DNA from: Chiloscyllium plagiosum
Taxonomy: Eukaryota
Direction of reading: 5' to 3'
Assembly: GCF_004010195.1 (NCBI RefSeq)
Contig: NC_057718.1
Coordinates: 56,056,603-56,120,602, forward strand
Length of the DNA: 64,000 nucleotides
Shown: piece by piece, positions 13,701-26,589 of the stretch
Position numbering within the stretch: position 1 is the first letter of the stretch
How the letters are laid out: each line of letters starts with the position of its first letter
Position numbers and translations under genes: made by a program
Notes under the pieces: generated by a model
Told to the model about the DNA's origin: nothing
Seen by the model: only the letters and a program-made list of their open reading frames with translations
Database searches by the model: none

Positions 13701-14570
13701 CATTGCCACATTGACATTAATGACTGGGAGGTTATGATAATTGTTCAGAATGATAATCTGTCCATCAAGTTGGATCAGATTAAATCAGAATGTTTTAATG
13801 GTGAGGCACAGTGGTGACAGAGGAAAGAAAAGAATGCGAGCCTTGCCATTCCAGATTTTCTTACTCATGGAATGGCTTGCCACATTTGCTCAAAGACCAA
13901 TGAGCTAAGAGATTGCCTGCTCAGTTACATGAAGACCCATAGCAGACTCATAAACCTTGAGTATATGTCATTCTTGAACCAAAAACCAGCTAACTATGAC
14001 AATTCCCACTCTATCAAAAATGACTAGCTGAATGTGATTTTTAATTGATAAGTGAAAAGATACTTACAGAGACTAGGAGGAAGACTATGCCTTTTGGGTC
14101 CTTTGAGCTAGGTCTGCCATTCAATACGATTGCGGCTGATCCTTTAACTCAACTCCATATTCCTACATTCTTTCCAGGCCCCAGGATGTATTTTAATCTC
14201 CAAAAATCTAACAATCTCTTTCTTGAATAAACTCAGTGTCACTGCCTCCACAGCTTTTGTGGTAGTGAATTCCATAGATTGACCACTCAAGTGAAGAAAT
14301 GCTTCCACATCTGTCTTGTTGGTTCAAGTAGCCAGCATCACCTTCTAAGGACAACTATGGAAGGGCAATAAGTGTGATCGCCACATCCCACAAGTGAATA
14401 AGAATTATAAAGAAAAGCTATCCACACAAAGTATCAGGACACCAGTATGGCATACCTACAAATTCAATTGCCAATTCATTCTTATTGTGCAGGAGGGTGG
14501 GGAGAGGGGTGGTAGTAAAGGGAGGGAAGAGGGGGAGATGCACAAAATACAGCTCAAATTATAAACTTAC

Positions 14571-14617
14571 CTGGTGTCTTTCATAAACCACAGGAATGCT
14601 GAAAACTGCTACCAGAG
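14571..14617 (-). CDS. RTN4: RTN4 RHD exon 4 (47 nt): (A)LVAVFSIPVVYERHQ
   Basis: cctgtag| acceptor, CAG|gtaagt donor; conserved 47-nt size. Confidence 0.95.
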
Positions 14618-14987
14618 CTACAGGAAAAAAAAAAAGTAAAAATATTAAAAACTAATTGATTCAGAAAACATTTCTTACTCCTATAACAAAATAATCAACT
14701 CGTTCTGATTCACAGTAACTTCTGCCCTAAAAATGTAGCATAATTTAGATGCACAAACTATCCAGATAGCTTATTGAAAAGATATACCTTATATACTTGC
14801 GGATAGGTCAAATTTTGAAGGTATTGTTTTCAAGAGGATGAAATTCATGCTTGGTATGAGTCAAAAAATGGACAAAGAGCCAAATCTTTATATAAAATAA
14901 TAATGAAAGGAAAAAGAATTATGGCCATTATTGAATATTTATCTGTAAAATAACTGTCTCTATTCTGCCTGCTACAGTAGAATGGTA

Positions 14988-15188
14988 CAGAAGTCCCGCG
15001 CATACCCATGGGGATACCTTCCAAGACCTACAGTGGAGGCCCAAAACCGTGGATAGGTGCGAACCCATTCACTTAAATGGGAAACGTCCCTTTCCGGCAG
15101 CCTCCTGGTCCCCTATAATCTTCAGGCTGCAGCAAGCCGCAGATAACAAACTGTGAAAAGTGACTCCGCGGATATGGTGGTTGCCCTG
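14988..15188. mobile_element. Tigger/pogo-type MITE (MER44/Tigger7-like)
   Basis: TA|CAG...CTG|TA ends with imperfect terminal inverted repeats; internal GATACCTTCCAAGACC..GTGGAGGCCCAAAACCGTGGATAG. Confidence 0.6.
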
Positions 15189-15439
15189 TACTGTCATTCC
15201 ATTACAGTAATTCTAAAAACCTGGAGCAAAGCACGACGACTGGTGGACTAGAAGACCCAGAACAGAGCACTACGACCAGCAGACTTGAAAGCCGGAGCTG
15301 AGCACAACAGGCAGGCACTGACTCAAATTTTGATCTGCAAGTGTGAAGAACTAGAGTCAACCTATACGAGATATACGGAAAATACAAGATGTTTTGGGCA
15401 AAATAGGGGTAGACATACAGGAGATCCACCACCTATACA

Positions 15440-16990
15440 CGAATATGTATATATTAGAATAATAATTTAGAGAGAAGAAAGTGAGAACATAAGCCTCAAT
15501 CCAGACATGTTGGGCACTCTGAAGATTGTTGCCAATTTAAAATATCACAATAGTCCCTTGCATTCGATGGGTTGCATCTCAGAATATTAAAGGAAGCAGC
15601 TACAGCGACTGTGGATGCACTGGCAGCAAGTTTCCAAGAATCCTAAGATCTTAAGAGGATTGGAAAACTGCCAATGTAACAGCTTTAGTCAAAAAACAAG
15701 AAACAATCAACTGTAGGTCGGTTTGATTAACATCTGTCCTTGAGACTATAATCATAATATAATCAGACAGTCAGCACGGCTCATGAAGGGGCAATCATGC
15801 CTAACAAAATTTATTACAACTCTTTGCGGAGATAACAAGCAGGATAAAGAAGAACCCATAGATGTAAAATTTTGATTTCAAAAGCATTTCATAAGGTACT
15901 GTACATAAGATTACTTAAGATAGAGTTCATGGTGTTCGGAGTAGTGTATTAGCATGGATAGACAATTGGCTACAGTAGAAGAGAGTTGGAATAAGGGGCC
16001 ATTTTCAGAATGGCAACCTGTAAGCAGTGAGATCAATGCTAGGGCCACAATCATTTATAATACACATGTTAATGACTTGGTTGTGGGAAATAAATACATT
16101 ATTGCCAAGTTTTCAGATGACAAAAGTAAGTGAAGGCAAGTAATGAGGTTGATAATCTGTAGAAAATAAAAGACAGATTGAGTGAGTGGACAAAGATTTG
16201 ACAAGATGAAACAATGTGAAAAAATGTGACGTTGTGCACTTTGCCAGGAGGCGTAAAGGAGCCGAATATTATTTAAACAGGTGACATTTGCAGAAATCTG
16301 CAGGAGGATTTGAGGTGTATATACACATCACAAAAAGCTAGCATACAAGTTCAGCAGATAATAGGAAAGTGTAGTGTTGGCATTTATTTCAAGGTGAATG
16401 GAAAATAAAAATTGAAAAGTCTTGCTAAGACAATCCAAGCTACTAGTTGGACCACATCTAGAATATTGTGAACAGGTTCAGTCCCTTACTCCTGGCAAGA
16501 TACTAGCATTGGAGGCAGGTCAGAGAAACTTCACTAGGTTGATCCCAGACATAAAAGGATTTTGTTACAAAGTAAGATTGAAAAGAGTTTAGAAGAATGA
16601 GGGGCGATCATATTGAAACACAAGACAACCGATGCTGACAGAGTTTCTCCAGAACTTGGAGTTCTTATTTCAGATCTCCAGCATCTGCAGTATTTTGCTT
16701 TTAAAGATTCTTAGGGGCCTCGACAGGGTTGATGTTAAGAAGTTGTTTTGCCTTGTAGGAGAGTCTAGGACCAGACAACATAAGTGAACTATCTAGTTAG
16801 GACAGTGGCGAGGAGAAATATGTGGAATCTTTATCACAGAGGCCATCTCATTCAAAGATGAGATAGACTTTTAATCAGGAAGTGAATCAAGCATTATGAG
16901 CCAAGTTAGGAAAGTGGAGTTGAGGAATATAAAAATCAGCCATGATCTCACTGAACAATGGAGCAAATACTCTACTTTTGCTTCTACATC
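15440..16990 (+). mobile_element. Old degenerate CR1 LINE RT and 3' end, with a small Penelope-like piece near 16630-16700
   Basis: Remnants of QHGFMKG.SCLT, AKFSDD and LEYC; CR1-type tail. Confidence 0.7.
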
Positions 16991-17639
16991 TTCTGAACTG
17001 TAACTGTATGCTTTCAATCTGATGCTATATTTAACTTGTTTAGCCACAGACTGCAGCCGTGAAGAATTTTACCTTGAATCCCATTTATCTTCAAATTAAG
17101 GCCACACTCACTCAAATGCAGCCATGATTTCAAGAGCCGTCAGTCAGTCTCAATCCTTGTTTCACTGAAATTTTTAGACCCAGTTTCAAGTCTCACCTGC
17201 TCAGAGGTGTGCCAATAACATCTCTGAACAGGTCGATTAGAAAAGCTTTTTTAAAAAAAAAGAAAATTACATCTTGAATGATCTCTTTAACTCAAGGTAC
17301 AACTGAAGAATGAAATGAGTCTGACCTGCTATGAGCCCTGTTGGACAATCAACTTGCCTAGCTTGGATACCATGGAGACTGGGACCCAGATTTGAGACTT
17401 ACTGGCTCAAGTTGCAAAATGTTCTCACATTGAAGACAAAGGAAGGAGCAGCTGGAATGGACTGTCATTTGTTAGTTTATACGGAGTTTAGTCAATATTA
17501 AAGTTTAGTTTGGTGCCGTAAAAGTCTTAAACTTGAAACTTTATCATGCAATCCCTTAAGTTGATCGTTTAGCATTCAAATAAATTTTAAGAAATCACTT
17601 CTATAAATTTGAAATCATCCAAGTCTCTGCTGCCTTTGC

Positions 17640-18050
17640 CTTTATACATACCAAATTTCATTAAACCATCACCCTTGTGTTTACTGGTCTACATGGGCTC
17701 CTGGTGAAGCAATGCTTTGATTTTAAAATTCTTACCTTTGATTTAAAATTCCTCCATTGCCTTGCCCCTTCCTATCTTTGTACTTTCACTCCACACCCTT
17801 CAAAGATTTAAACTCATCTACTTGTGACGTTGAGCAATGATTTTAATTACACAACCACTGGTAGTCATGCCTTTGCCTCCGTCCACTCTCAGCTCTTGCT
17901 TGCGCACCATAGACTTCTCCTCCTTTCTCCTTTAAAATGCCCTTAAAATTACAACTTTTTAAACTTTCTGGCCATCTGCCCTTGTATATCCTCAGTGTGA
18001 AACCCCCCTCTACAGATCTCCTTGAGGCAGTTTAGGTAGTTTTATTATGA
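17640..18050 (+). mobile_element. L2-clade LINE 3' remnant
   Basis: ITLVFTGLHGLLVKQCFDFKIL corresponds to the L2 motif ITPVLxxLHWLPVxxRIxFKIL. Confidence 0.6.
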
Positions 18051-18426
18051 AAATGCACAAAATCAGGTTCCTATCAAAATACTGCATTTTTAAATTATTT
18101 CACCTTTCATTCTGGGAGCATTCTTCAAAGTCAGCTTCAATACCAAAATGACCATATCTTGAGATTTCAGCAGGATGTTAAGAATGCATCTTTGAAAGGA
18201 GATATGCATGACTAACTAAACAAAATACTTAAATGTGTGGCTCAAGCAGATGCAACCCAGACTTACAGAGCAAGCTCTCAGTAAATAAATAGAACTGAGT
18301 CAATTGCCAGTCATGTATTTTTAACATACATGTACCCATCATGTAAGCATTTCAAAAACAGAAGCTACAAGTCAGTGCAAATAAGAGGAATATAAATTGC
18401 AATCGAATGTCTTTATTTGCACTTAC

Positions 18427-18496
18427 CTATTATCAGCAGGGACAGTCCATTAAACAAGGCACCAACATAAGTGAGCAGCCACATCAGCACTGAAAA
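18427..18496 (-). CDS. RTN4: RTN4 RHD exon 3 (70 nt): FSVLMWLLTYVGALFNGLSLLII
   Basis: tattag| acceptor, G|gtaagt donor; conserved 70-nt size; TYVGALFNGL motif. Confidence 0.95.
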
Positions 18497-19419
18497 CTAA
18501 TAAAAGGAACATGAATTGAAATACAACTCAAAGCATGCATTTTGAATTGCACTGAGCAACATTTATAGAAGACTTTTTAAAAACTAATAAGTCCCCCAAA
18601 AATATCAAATTAGTTGTCTAATCCATAAAAGTAAAACCAAGAAGAACTATTTCAGGCAAGCACTCAACTAGCTACTAACAATAGAGGGAAGAATTCAAGA
18701 TTATAACCATTGTCTTGGTAAACAAAAGAACACACAGTATCAAATTGAGCTCGAGGGTAAATTGAATACTGATCGTAAATTGGGTAAAAATTACATTCCA
18801 CAATGCCAATCTGATCTAAATGGAAGACTTCCACGCTTCAGCAGGAATAATGATTTAACCTGTATGTAGCATATTGGGACAATCATTTAAGATTAAACAT
18901 AGTAAATACGAGTACAAAAGGCTATCTTCAGTGAGAACAGCCTTCAATTTAACTATATGCTAAAGGTAGTAAATTACTTAAACCTTAGAAGCAGATAGGC
19001 ACAAGGAATTTTAAAAGATTTGACATAACAGATTTGTCAAAGTTGACCTGTTTGTACTTATCCAAAACAGCCAGCAGGCATAATAAATTAAAATTGTAAC
19101 AAAGATGAGGCAAAGAACAGAGTAATAATTGAACAAAGGTCACTATTGCCAGACAATAAAAGCTGTCACTAAATAATCAGATTTAAAAAGAATTAATTCC
19201 TTTAGTATTAGGTCAGTTTTAAACACTCAGGATCTGAAATTTCACTTCAGATCAATCTCAGAAGAATAGGAGCTGGCATGGTCCAGCCTTTCCAATAGAC
19301 ATTCCCAACCTCGTCTGCCTCCTTTCAGCATAAAATGCCTCACTTCAAAACTTTGTCAATAATAAGAAATCTAGATGCTATTTTAAGCAGCTGCATCATG
19401 CTGCCACTGTGATTACTTT

Positions 19420-19930
19420 CCTAATTTTTATATCCCTAAGCCAGTTCGCACATGGCTTGGGCAATAATCTGGAGATTATGACCCTCAAGAACCTGTTCCT
19501 TAGTTTTGTTCCTAGTGCTCAATAATCTCCAAACAGGTCCTCCTTCCTAGCCTTGCCTATGCTGTTTGTACCAACGTGGACTACAACAACTGAATCCTCC
19601 CCCCTCTTTCTCAAATATCCTTTTAAGCCAGTCAGAGATATCCTGCATCCTGGCACCAGGCAGGCAACACCATGCAGGACTCCTGATCCAGCTTGCAAAC
19701 GATACTATCCTCCTAACTATAGAATCCCGTATAACTACCACTTGTTTTTTTGCTCACCCCCCCAAATGGCCTTATGCACCATGGTGCCGTGGTCAGCTGG
19801 CTCATCCTCCCTGCACCCCTTTCCCTCATCCACACTGAGCAAACAGCTCATATCTGCTAGACAAAGTTTAAAGCTGAGGTTCCTCCATTCCTGAACTTAG
19901 GTTCCCCTTACCTGCCTTCATACTCTCCAT
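19420..19930 (-). mobile_element. CR1 ORF1 (SGNH esterase) fragment, inverted relative to the adjacent ORF2 piece
   Basis: VVIRDSIVR..CCLPGARMQDI..VVVHVGTN, typical of CR1 ORF1 esterase. Confidence 0.75.
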
Positions 19931-20098
19931 TAGAAATAGCAAGGCATCTCGATAACACCCCTTTCCCTCATCCACACTGAGCAAACAGCTCATACCTGCT
20001 AGACAAAGTCTAAAGCTGAGGTTCCTCCATTCCTGAACTTAGGTTCCCCTTACCTGCCTTCATACTCTCCATTTAGAAATAGCAAGGCATCTCGATAA
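19814..20098. repeat. Near-identical tandem duplication of about 142 bp (19814-19955 and 19956-20098)
   Basis: CACCCCTTTCCCTCATCC...GGCATCTCGATAA occurs twice, with two substitutions and one 1-nt indel. Confidence 0.9.
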
Positions 20099-21695
20099 AA
20101 CTTGTCTCATTGGGCAGATAAAGCACGGGTTAATGCTTAACAAATCTTTAAGAATTCTACAATGACATTACAAGCAAGGTGGACAACAAGGACCCAGTGC
20201 ATGTGGTGTACCTAGATTTCCAAAAGACCTTCAACAAAGTGCCGCACAAGAGGCTGCTGCATAAGATAAAGATGCATGGCATTTTGGGTAAAGTATTAGC
20301 ATAGTTGGACGATTGGTTGCCTTACAGGAAGCAAAGAGTGGGGATAAAGGAGTGCTATTCTGGCTAGCAAACAATGACTAGTGGTGTGCCTCAGGGATCG
20401 GTGTTGGGACTGCAATTATTCACAACTTATATAAATGATTTGGAGTTGGGGGCTCACGTGCAGTGTGTCAAAGTTTGCAGATGAGACGAAGATGATAGCA
20501 GAGCAAACTGTGCAGAGGACTGTGAAACTTTACAGAGGAACACATACTTTCAGTGAGTTGGCAAAGATCTGGCAAATGGAATACAATGATAATAAAGGCA
20601 AAGTCATCCATTTTGGTTGGAGTAATATTAAAAAGGATTACCACGTGAATGGTAAAAAGTTGCAGCATGCTGCTATGCAGAGGGACCTGGGGATCCTTGT
20701 GCATGAATCATGAAGGTTGGTCTGCAGATACAAGCAAATAGGAAGGCAAATTGTATTTTGTCCTTCATTGCTAAAGGGATTGCATTTAAAAGCAGGGAGG
20801 TTATGGTGCAACTATACAGGGTGCTGGTGAGGCCACACCTGAAGTTTTTGGTCTCCTTTCTTGAGAAAGGATGTACAGGCACTGGAGGGGGTGCAGAGGA
20901 GGTTCACTAGGTGGATTCCGGTGTTGAGGGGGTTGGGTTATAAGGACAGACTGAGTAGATTGGGATTATGTTTAGATTAGATTACAGTGTGGAAACAGGC
21001 CCTTCGGCCCAACAAGTCCACACCGACCCGCCGAAGCGAAACCCACCCATACCCCTACATTTACCCCTTACCTAACACTACGGGCAATTTAGTATGGCCA
21101 ATTCACCTGACCCTGCACATCTTTGGATGGTGGGAGGAAACCGGAGCACCCGGAGGAAACCCACGCAGACACGGGGAGAACGTGCAAACTCCACACAGTC
21201 AGTCTCCTGAGGCGGGAATTGAACCCGGGTCTCTGGCGCTGTGAGGCAGCAGTGCTAACCACTGTGCCACCGTGCTGCCTATGGAATTCAAAAGAATAAG
21301 GAGGGATCTTATAGAAACATATACGATAATGAAGGGAATAGATAAGATAGAAGTAGAAAGGATGTTTCCACTGGCAGGTGAAACTAGGACAAGACGACAT
21401 TGCCTCAAGATTAGAGGGAGCAGATTTAGGACTAAATTGAGAAGGAACTTCTTCACCTAGAGGGTTGTAAATCTATGGAATTCCCTGCCCAGTGAAGTAG
21501 TTGACGCTACTTCAGTAAACGTTTTTAAAGCTAAGACAGACACCTTTTTGTACAATAAAGGAATTAAGGGATACGCTGAGAGCACGAATAAGTGGAACTG
21601 AGTCCATGAAAAGTCAGCTATGATCATATTGAATGGCAGACCAGGCTTGAAGTGCCAGGTGGCCTATGTTTGCTCCTAGTTCTTAGATTCTTATC
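20075..21695 (+). mobile_element. CR1 ORF2 RT and 3' end, interrupted by an HE1 SINE
   Basis: YLDFQKTFNKVPH, GVPQGSVLG, SKFADETK, RRDLIETY. Confidence 0.85.
20971..21279 (-). mobile_element. HE1-type V-SINE, full length, with TATG target duplication
   Basis: Reverse complement of the 11381 family; TATG at 20967-20970 and 21280-21283. Confidence 0.9.
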
Positions 21696-23217
21696 AAGAC
21701 ACTATTAAGAATCCAAAGCAAATCACAACAGAGTATATCAGTTGCTTTTAAAATCAATGACTTGGGTTTATAAGAACACACCTGAAGACATACGAAACCT
21801 ATGCAGCAATCTCAGATTTGGTCAGGGAAAATGCATCAATGTCCCAGCAGCAGCATTTTAAACCTCAACTCTCAATACTTCAAATCTCATCAGTAATTTT
21901 CAACTAATGCAAATGAAAAGCATCAATTCCTTATTAGTCCAAAACATGGAGTAGACTACTCCTTAACTATAGGAGTTGAACATATGTGGTGACATATCTA
22001 CCAAATAACTGGAATGAATTGCAATTAAATCTTTACAGAATGCTAATTCCAGAATCATCCCAGTATGAATACATGTAAAATAGATTTAAATTTGACATAA
22101 GAGTTAATACTTAAAATCAATTTCAGTATATTTAATTGTATAAATTTAAAAATTAAAACTGCCAATTATGGATTTTAAACTAAATTTACTCCTGAGAATA
22201 CCAGCTCAGTTTTTACGATATAATAGAATTACATCTTTGTTAGAGTTCTTGATTCCTATTTATGGCATCAATCTTTCAACTATTTAAATCAGGTCAATTA
22301 TTACAAAATCATATCTGCTGCCCTAGACAAATGAGTTTTGAAACATTAGTGCAACAAGTTGTCCAATGTTTTGCCTGCGAATACTAGCTGCTAGAACGTA
22401 ACTGCAGATCAGACAATTAGCATGCTTCTCTAACTACGTTCAAACAAGCTTGGATCTCCCACTTAACAAATCAAACCAAATTAGCTTCACTCCAATTTTG
22501 ATAACAGTTGGAGTCCCTTCATATCCTCAAAGCATTCAAACAAAAAACTGCAAAAACTGAAATCATAGCCTTAGAGCTCCCTTTTTTGACAATTACATCC
22601 TGTTACTCAGCTAATCCATTAGTTTCTACATTTACTTTAGATTTTATCATTCCTAAGATATTTAACATCAATTTTATAAAACAATGATGAAACATCTGAC
22701 AATAATGATTTGCTAAAATTTTATTGTTAACTGGCTAATCAATATAAAGCTGAATATTCAGTATTGCTGAAAAAGGGCACATTGTGTCAAAGCTTTTTAT
22801 CTAGCACTCATCCGGACAATTTGTAAGGAAAACCAAAGCTTAGGGAAAACAACATTGATGTGGTATGACAGCAAAGAGGCAACTTGTTAAGTGGATTACA
22901 ATTGGGAGAGTTGTTGCCATGAAGAATGCACCTGTTAATGACAAATAGTTAGCTGCCAAGAGTTGCTTGAATTTTAAACAAAGCAGATAGAGTGGAGATA
23001 TTAAAGGGTTAATTTGCTGATTTATAAGAAATTGGATGTTCCAGAAGGGGGTTTCTGTCTTACAGGCAGGATGTGACAATCTAATCATACTCTGCAAATG
23101 CTACAGTTCAAGGAATAACCTAATCACACACTGTTTTGAGAAATAATTTAATCACTGTTTTGAGGGATGGTCTGATCACACATTGCTTTTGGGTGACATG
23201 TGACTGTGGGGGAGTTT

Positions 23218-23457
23218 AAAAATGTGTTGCTGGAAAAGCGCAGCAGGTCAGGCAGCATCCAAGGAACAGGAGAATCGACGTTTCGGGCATAAGCCCTTCT
23301 TCAGGCTTATGCCCAAAATGGCGATTCTCCTGTTCCTTGGATGCTGCCTGACCTGCTGCGCTTTTCCAGCTTCCTTGGATGCTGCCTGACCTGCTGCGCT
23401 TTTCCAGCAGCATTTTTAAGCTCTGATCTCCAGCATCTGCAGTCCTCACTTTCTCCT
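23218..23457. mobile_element. Palindromic Penelope-derived element with a hammerhead motif (minus, 23275-23305)
   Basis: Long inverted arms GCTGGAAAAGCGCAGCAGGTCAGGCAGCATCCAAGGAACAGGAGAATCG and its complement; partial tandem repeat of the right arm; CTGAAGA-AGGGC-TTAT-GCCC-GAAAC-GTC. Confidence 0.75.
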
Positions 23458-23559
23458 ACTATGGGGGAGTGTCTTGCCTGCATGACTGACTGATATAAAA
23501 TGCTGTATAAAGGGAGGATGGTTCCCTTGTTCGGATAGCCTCACTTGACACACTCTAAG

Positions 23560-24240
23560 CATAGCAAAGAGTGTTAAGTGATTCTATAAAAGCTGGTACT
23601 TGCTAAAATAACTCCTGGCAGTTCACAGAAATTGGCGCATTGCAGTTGCATCAAGCACGCAAGAATCCCAAAAAGGGAATCTTATAGACTGACTTGTCAA
23701 GATACTGACCTGAGAAATGAATCAATGTCTTATCTATTTTGTTGCACTGAAACAGGTACACAATGTACATGTTCTTTCTGTACAAAGAATCAGGCCCTGG
23801 GCATTATATGCCATTTCCAGTACAGATATGTCATGCTGCAAGCCAGACTGAATCCTAAATTCAATGTCATGCTCTGCACATCTAGGAAGTGATTGCATAT
23901 ATAATATTTCATTGTTTCAATATTTAGCAAGTGTGCAATTGCAGAATCCATTCTGCTATTGTCCAGTGTTGAATCTTTGCAAAGGTAGAATGGTTCAGTA
24001 TGTACAATACTTTGCTTGCTGCAAACAGCCAAAGGAATAAGGTATTTGATACGCTCAAACAGCCTTTGGAGATGTATTACCCACATCATACTGGCACAAA
24101 AATTCATACAAGACTTACATATCAATAGCAACACATAGACATTTGAAATTGCTGGCCTATTCATTAATGTACCACTTAAGATATAGATGTTTATACTGCA
24201 GCAGAGTGGCAATTATGATCCACCTGCTATTATGATCTTC
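23560..24240 (-). mobile_element. Degenerate Penelope-like element, GIY-YIG endonuclease region
   Basis: QRLFERIKYLIP...DSAIAHLLN resembles the PLE endonuclease motif RLxxRIxQH...DSAIGxHLL. Confidence 0.55.
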
Positions 24241-24484
24241 ACTGATGGCACTTCTGGACAAGTCAGATTGCAGAACGAAACACTGCTAGATAGATCATTA
24301 TCTTTAATTTTTTTTTGGTTTAGTGAGTTAGTGTGACACTTAGTCACTGAAATGGTTACAAGGCTGCAGATATTCTTTCAAAACAGACATTTATCACACA
24401 AAAGGAAGCAAACCAACCAACCAAGCTCTAGATACACACTTAGAGCTTAAATAAAATTAAAACTAAAAACTTAAAACTTTATTT

Positions 24485-25440
24485 AGAACAAAGATCAATA
24501 CAACACAGGAATAGGCCCTTTGGGCCTCCAGGCCTGCGCTGACACATTTTGCCCTTCTATACTAAAACGGTCTTCACTTACGTCCAGGTGCTTCTTGAAT
24601 GTTACTATTGTGTCTGCTTCCACCACCTCCTCTGGCAACATATTTCAGGCGCTCGCCACCTTTTGTGCGAAAACATGTCTCTCACATCTCTTAAACTTCA
24701 CTACCTCCCACCTTCTCCTCCACCCCAACCCCCTCCCAACTACCCCTGCACCTTGAACCTGTGAATTAGTAATTGATCCCTACATCCTGGGAATAAGCCT
24801 CATACTTTCCACTCTATCCATGTCATTCACAATCTTATAGACTTCTATCAGGTTACCCTTCAACCTCCTGTGTTCCAGTGAAAACAAACCCCGTCTATCC
24901 AACCTTCCTTAGCTAAAATCCCCCAATGCAGGCCACGTTCTGGTAAACATTTTCTGTACTCTCTCCAAAGCATCCACATCCCTCTGGTAGTGTGGTAACC
25001 AGAACTGTACGCAATATTCCAAGTGTGTCCTCACTAAAAGTTCCATAAAGCTGCAGCATAATTTTCCGATCCTTACACTCAATGTCCCTTCCAAAGAAGG
25101 CATGCACACCATAGACCCTTTTTTAAACTAGCTTATCTACCCGTGCTGCTACCTTCAGTAGTCTGTGGACCCTCACACCCAGATCCCTCTGCATATTAAT
25201 ACTCTTAAGGGCTCCGCCATTCACTGCATAATTTCCTTCCTTGACCTTCCAAAATGCATCATCTCACATTTGTCTGGATTAAACTCCATCTGCCATTTTT
25301 CTGCCCACGCCTCCAACTGATCTATACCCTACTGTATCCATTGACAACCCTCACTATTCACAACTCCATCCATCTTTGTATCATCTGCAAACTATATTTC
25401 CCCCAAATCATTTTGTTGACCATGAACAGAGGTTCCAGCA
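24485..25440 (-). mobile_element. CR1 LINE 3' fragment
   Basis: LVRTHLEYCVQFWLPHYQRDVDALERVQKMFTR. Confidence 0.85.
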
Positions 25441-25794
25441 CCAATCCCTGTGGACACAACTCTCCGTTCCCAAAAGCATTCCTCTAACACTAGCCACTGC
25501 AGACTCGTGGCCAGAAGTATTAAACTCCACTCTAAATTCAAGTCTCCAATTAACTTACTCTTTCCAATTCTCTTTATCGACTGAGCAATAATTTTAGGAT
25601 ACTTTTTTTGCTCCTAATTTTAACAAACATTTCTATCCCAAATTCTTCTACTTTGGAAATTTCACAAACTAATGCAATACTGGTTTCATCCGAATAGAAA
25701 CAAAAACTCCAGCCAGGAGCAAAACTAAACGTTATTTCTGAATTCAACACAATTATTCTCAACTGAACCTAACTTTCAACTCATTTCAAAAGCA

Positions 25795-26080
25795 AGAGGT
25801 CATGCTTTCAACGTGAGGTGTGGAAAGTTTAAGGGGGATACACGCGGCAAGTACTTCACACAGAGGGTGGTGGACGTTTGGAACGCATTACCAGCAGAGG
25901 TGGTAGAGGCAGGCACGGTAGATTAATTTAAGATGCGTCTGGACAGATGCAGGATAGGTGAGAAGCAGAGGAATACAAATGCTTAGGAATTGACTGACAG
26001 GTTTAGACAGTACATTTGGATTGGCTCAGGCTTGGAGGGCCAAAGGGCCTGTTCCTGGGATGTAAATTTTCTTTGTTCTT
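25795..26080 (+). mobile_element. Short CR1 3' end, same subfamily as 11989-13130
   Basis: RGHAFNVRCGKFKGDTRGKYFTQRVV and tail AAATTTTCTTTGTTCT, matching the reverse complement of about 11990-12280. Confidence 0.85.
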
Positions 26081-26589
26081 TGAATGGATTAATGTGTTTG
26101 TACTACTTATTGTCAACTCCAAAGGTTAAACACATTATTCCATCGACAGTCTTGGGGATTTTCCCAAGCTCTTGGTTGCAGTCACATCTTCTTGGTTTAT
26201 TTAGATTGCTAATTCAGAGTGAATTTGACTTTCTTCTAAAGCACATTCATATGCCCCTCTTCATCTAAAAAATTCCAAATCCCACATAACAGCAATATAC
26301 TTTACATACTTTATGTAGTTAAATGGAAAAATTTCCTTACATGCCTTAATGAGCTCCATTCTGTGCTCAAACTCAACTTTAAAAGGGAGCCCAATCAAAC
26401 AGGCTCCCTTTCCTTGAAGTCCTAGTCAAGTGATCAGCCAGAGTTCTCTATTAACATCTGATACAATTCTATTTTCACTGGTCAATTTACACAGAGATTC
26501 CTACAGTTCCACGTGCTATCCCATTGGCCTTACTGGCATACTCATATTTAACGCCCAAGCTGTCTGTTCACCATGCAAGTTAATATAGG

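Noticed and set aside
23330..23410. CRISPR-like direct repeats
   Set aside because: Only a local duplication of a Penelope-derived arm; no spacers or cas genes, and the context is eukaryotic
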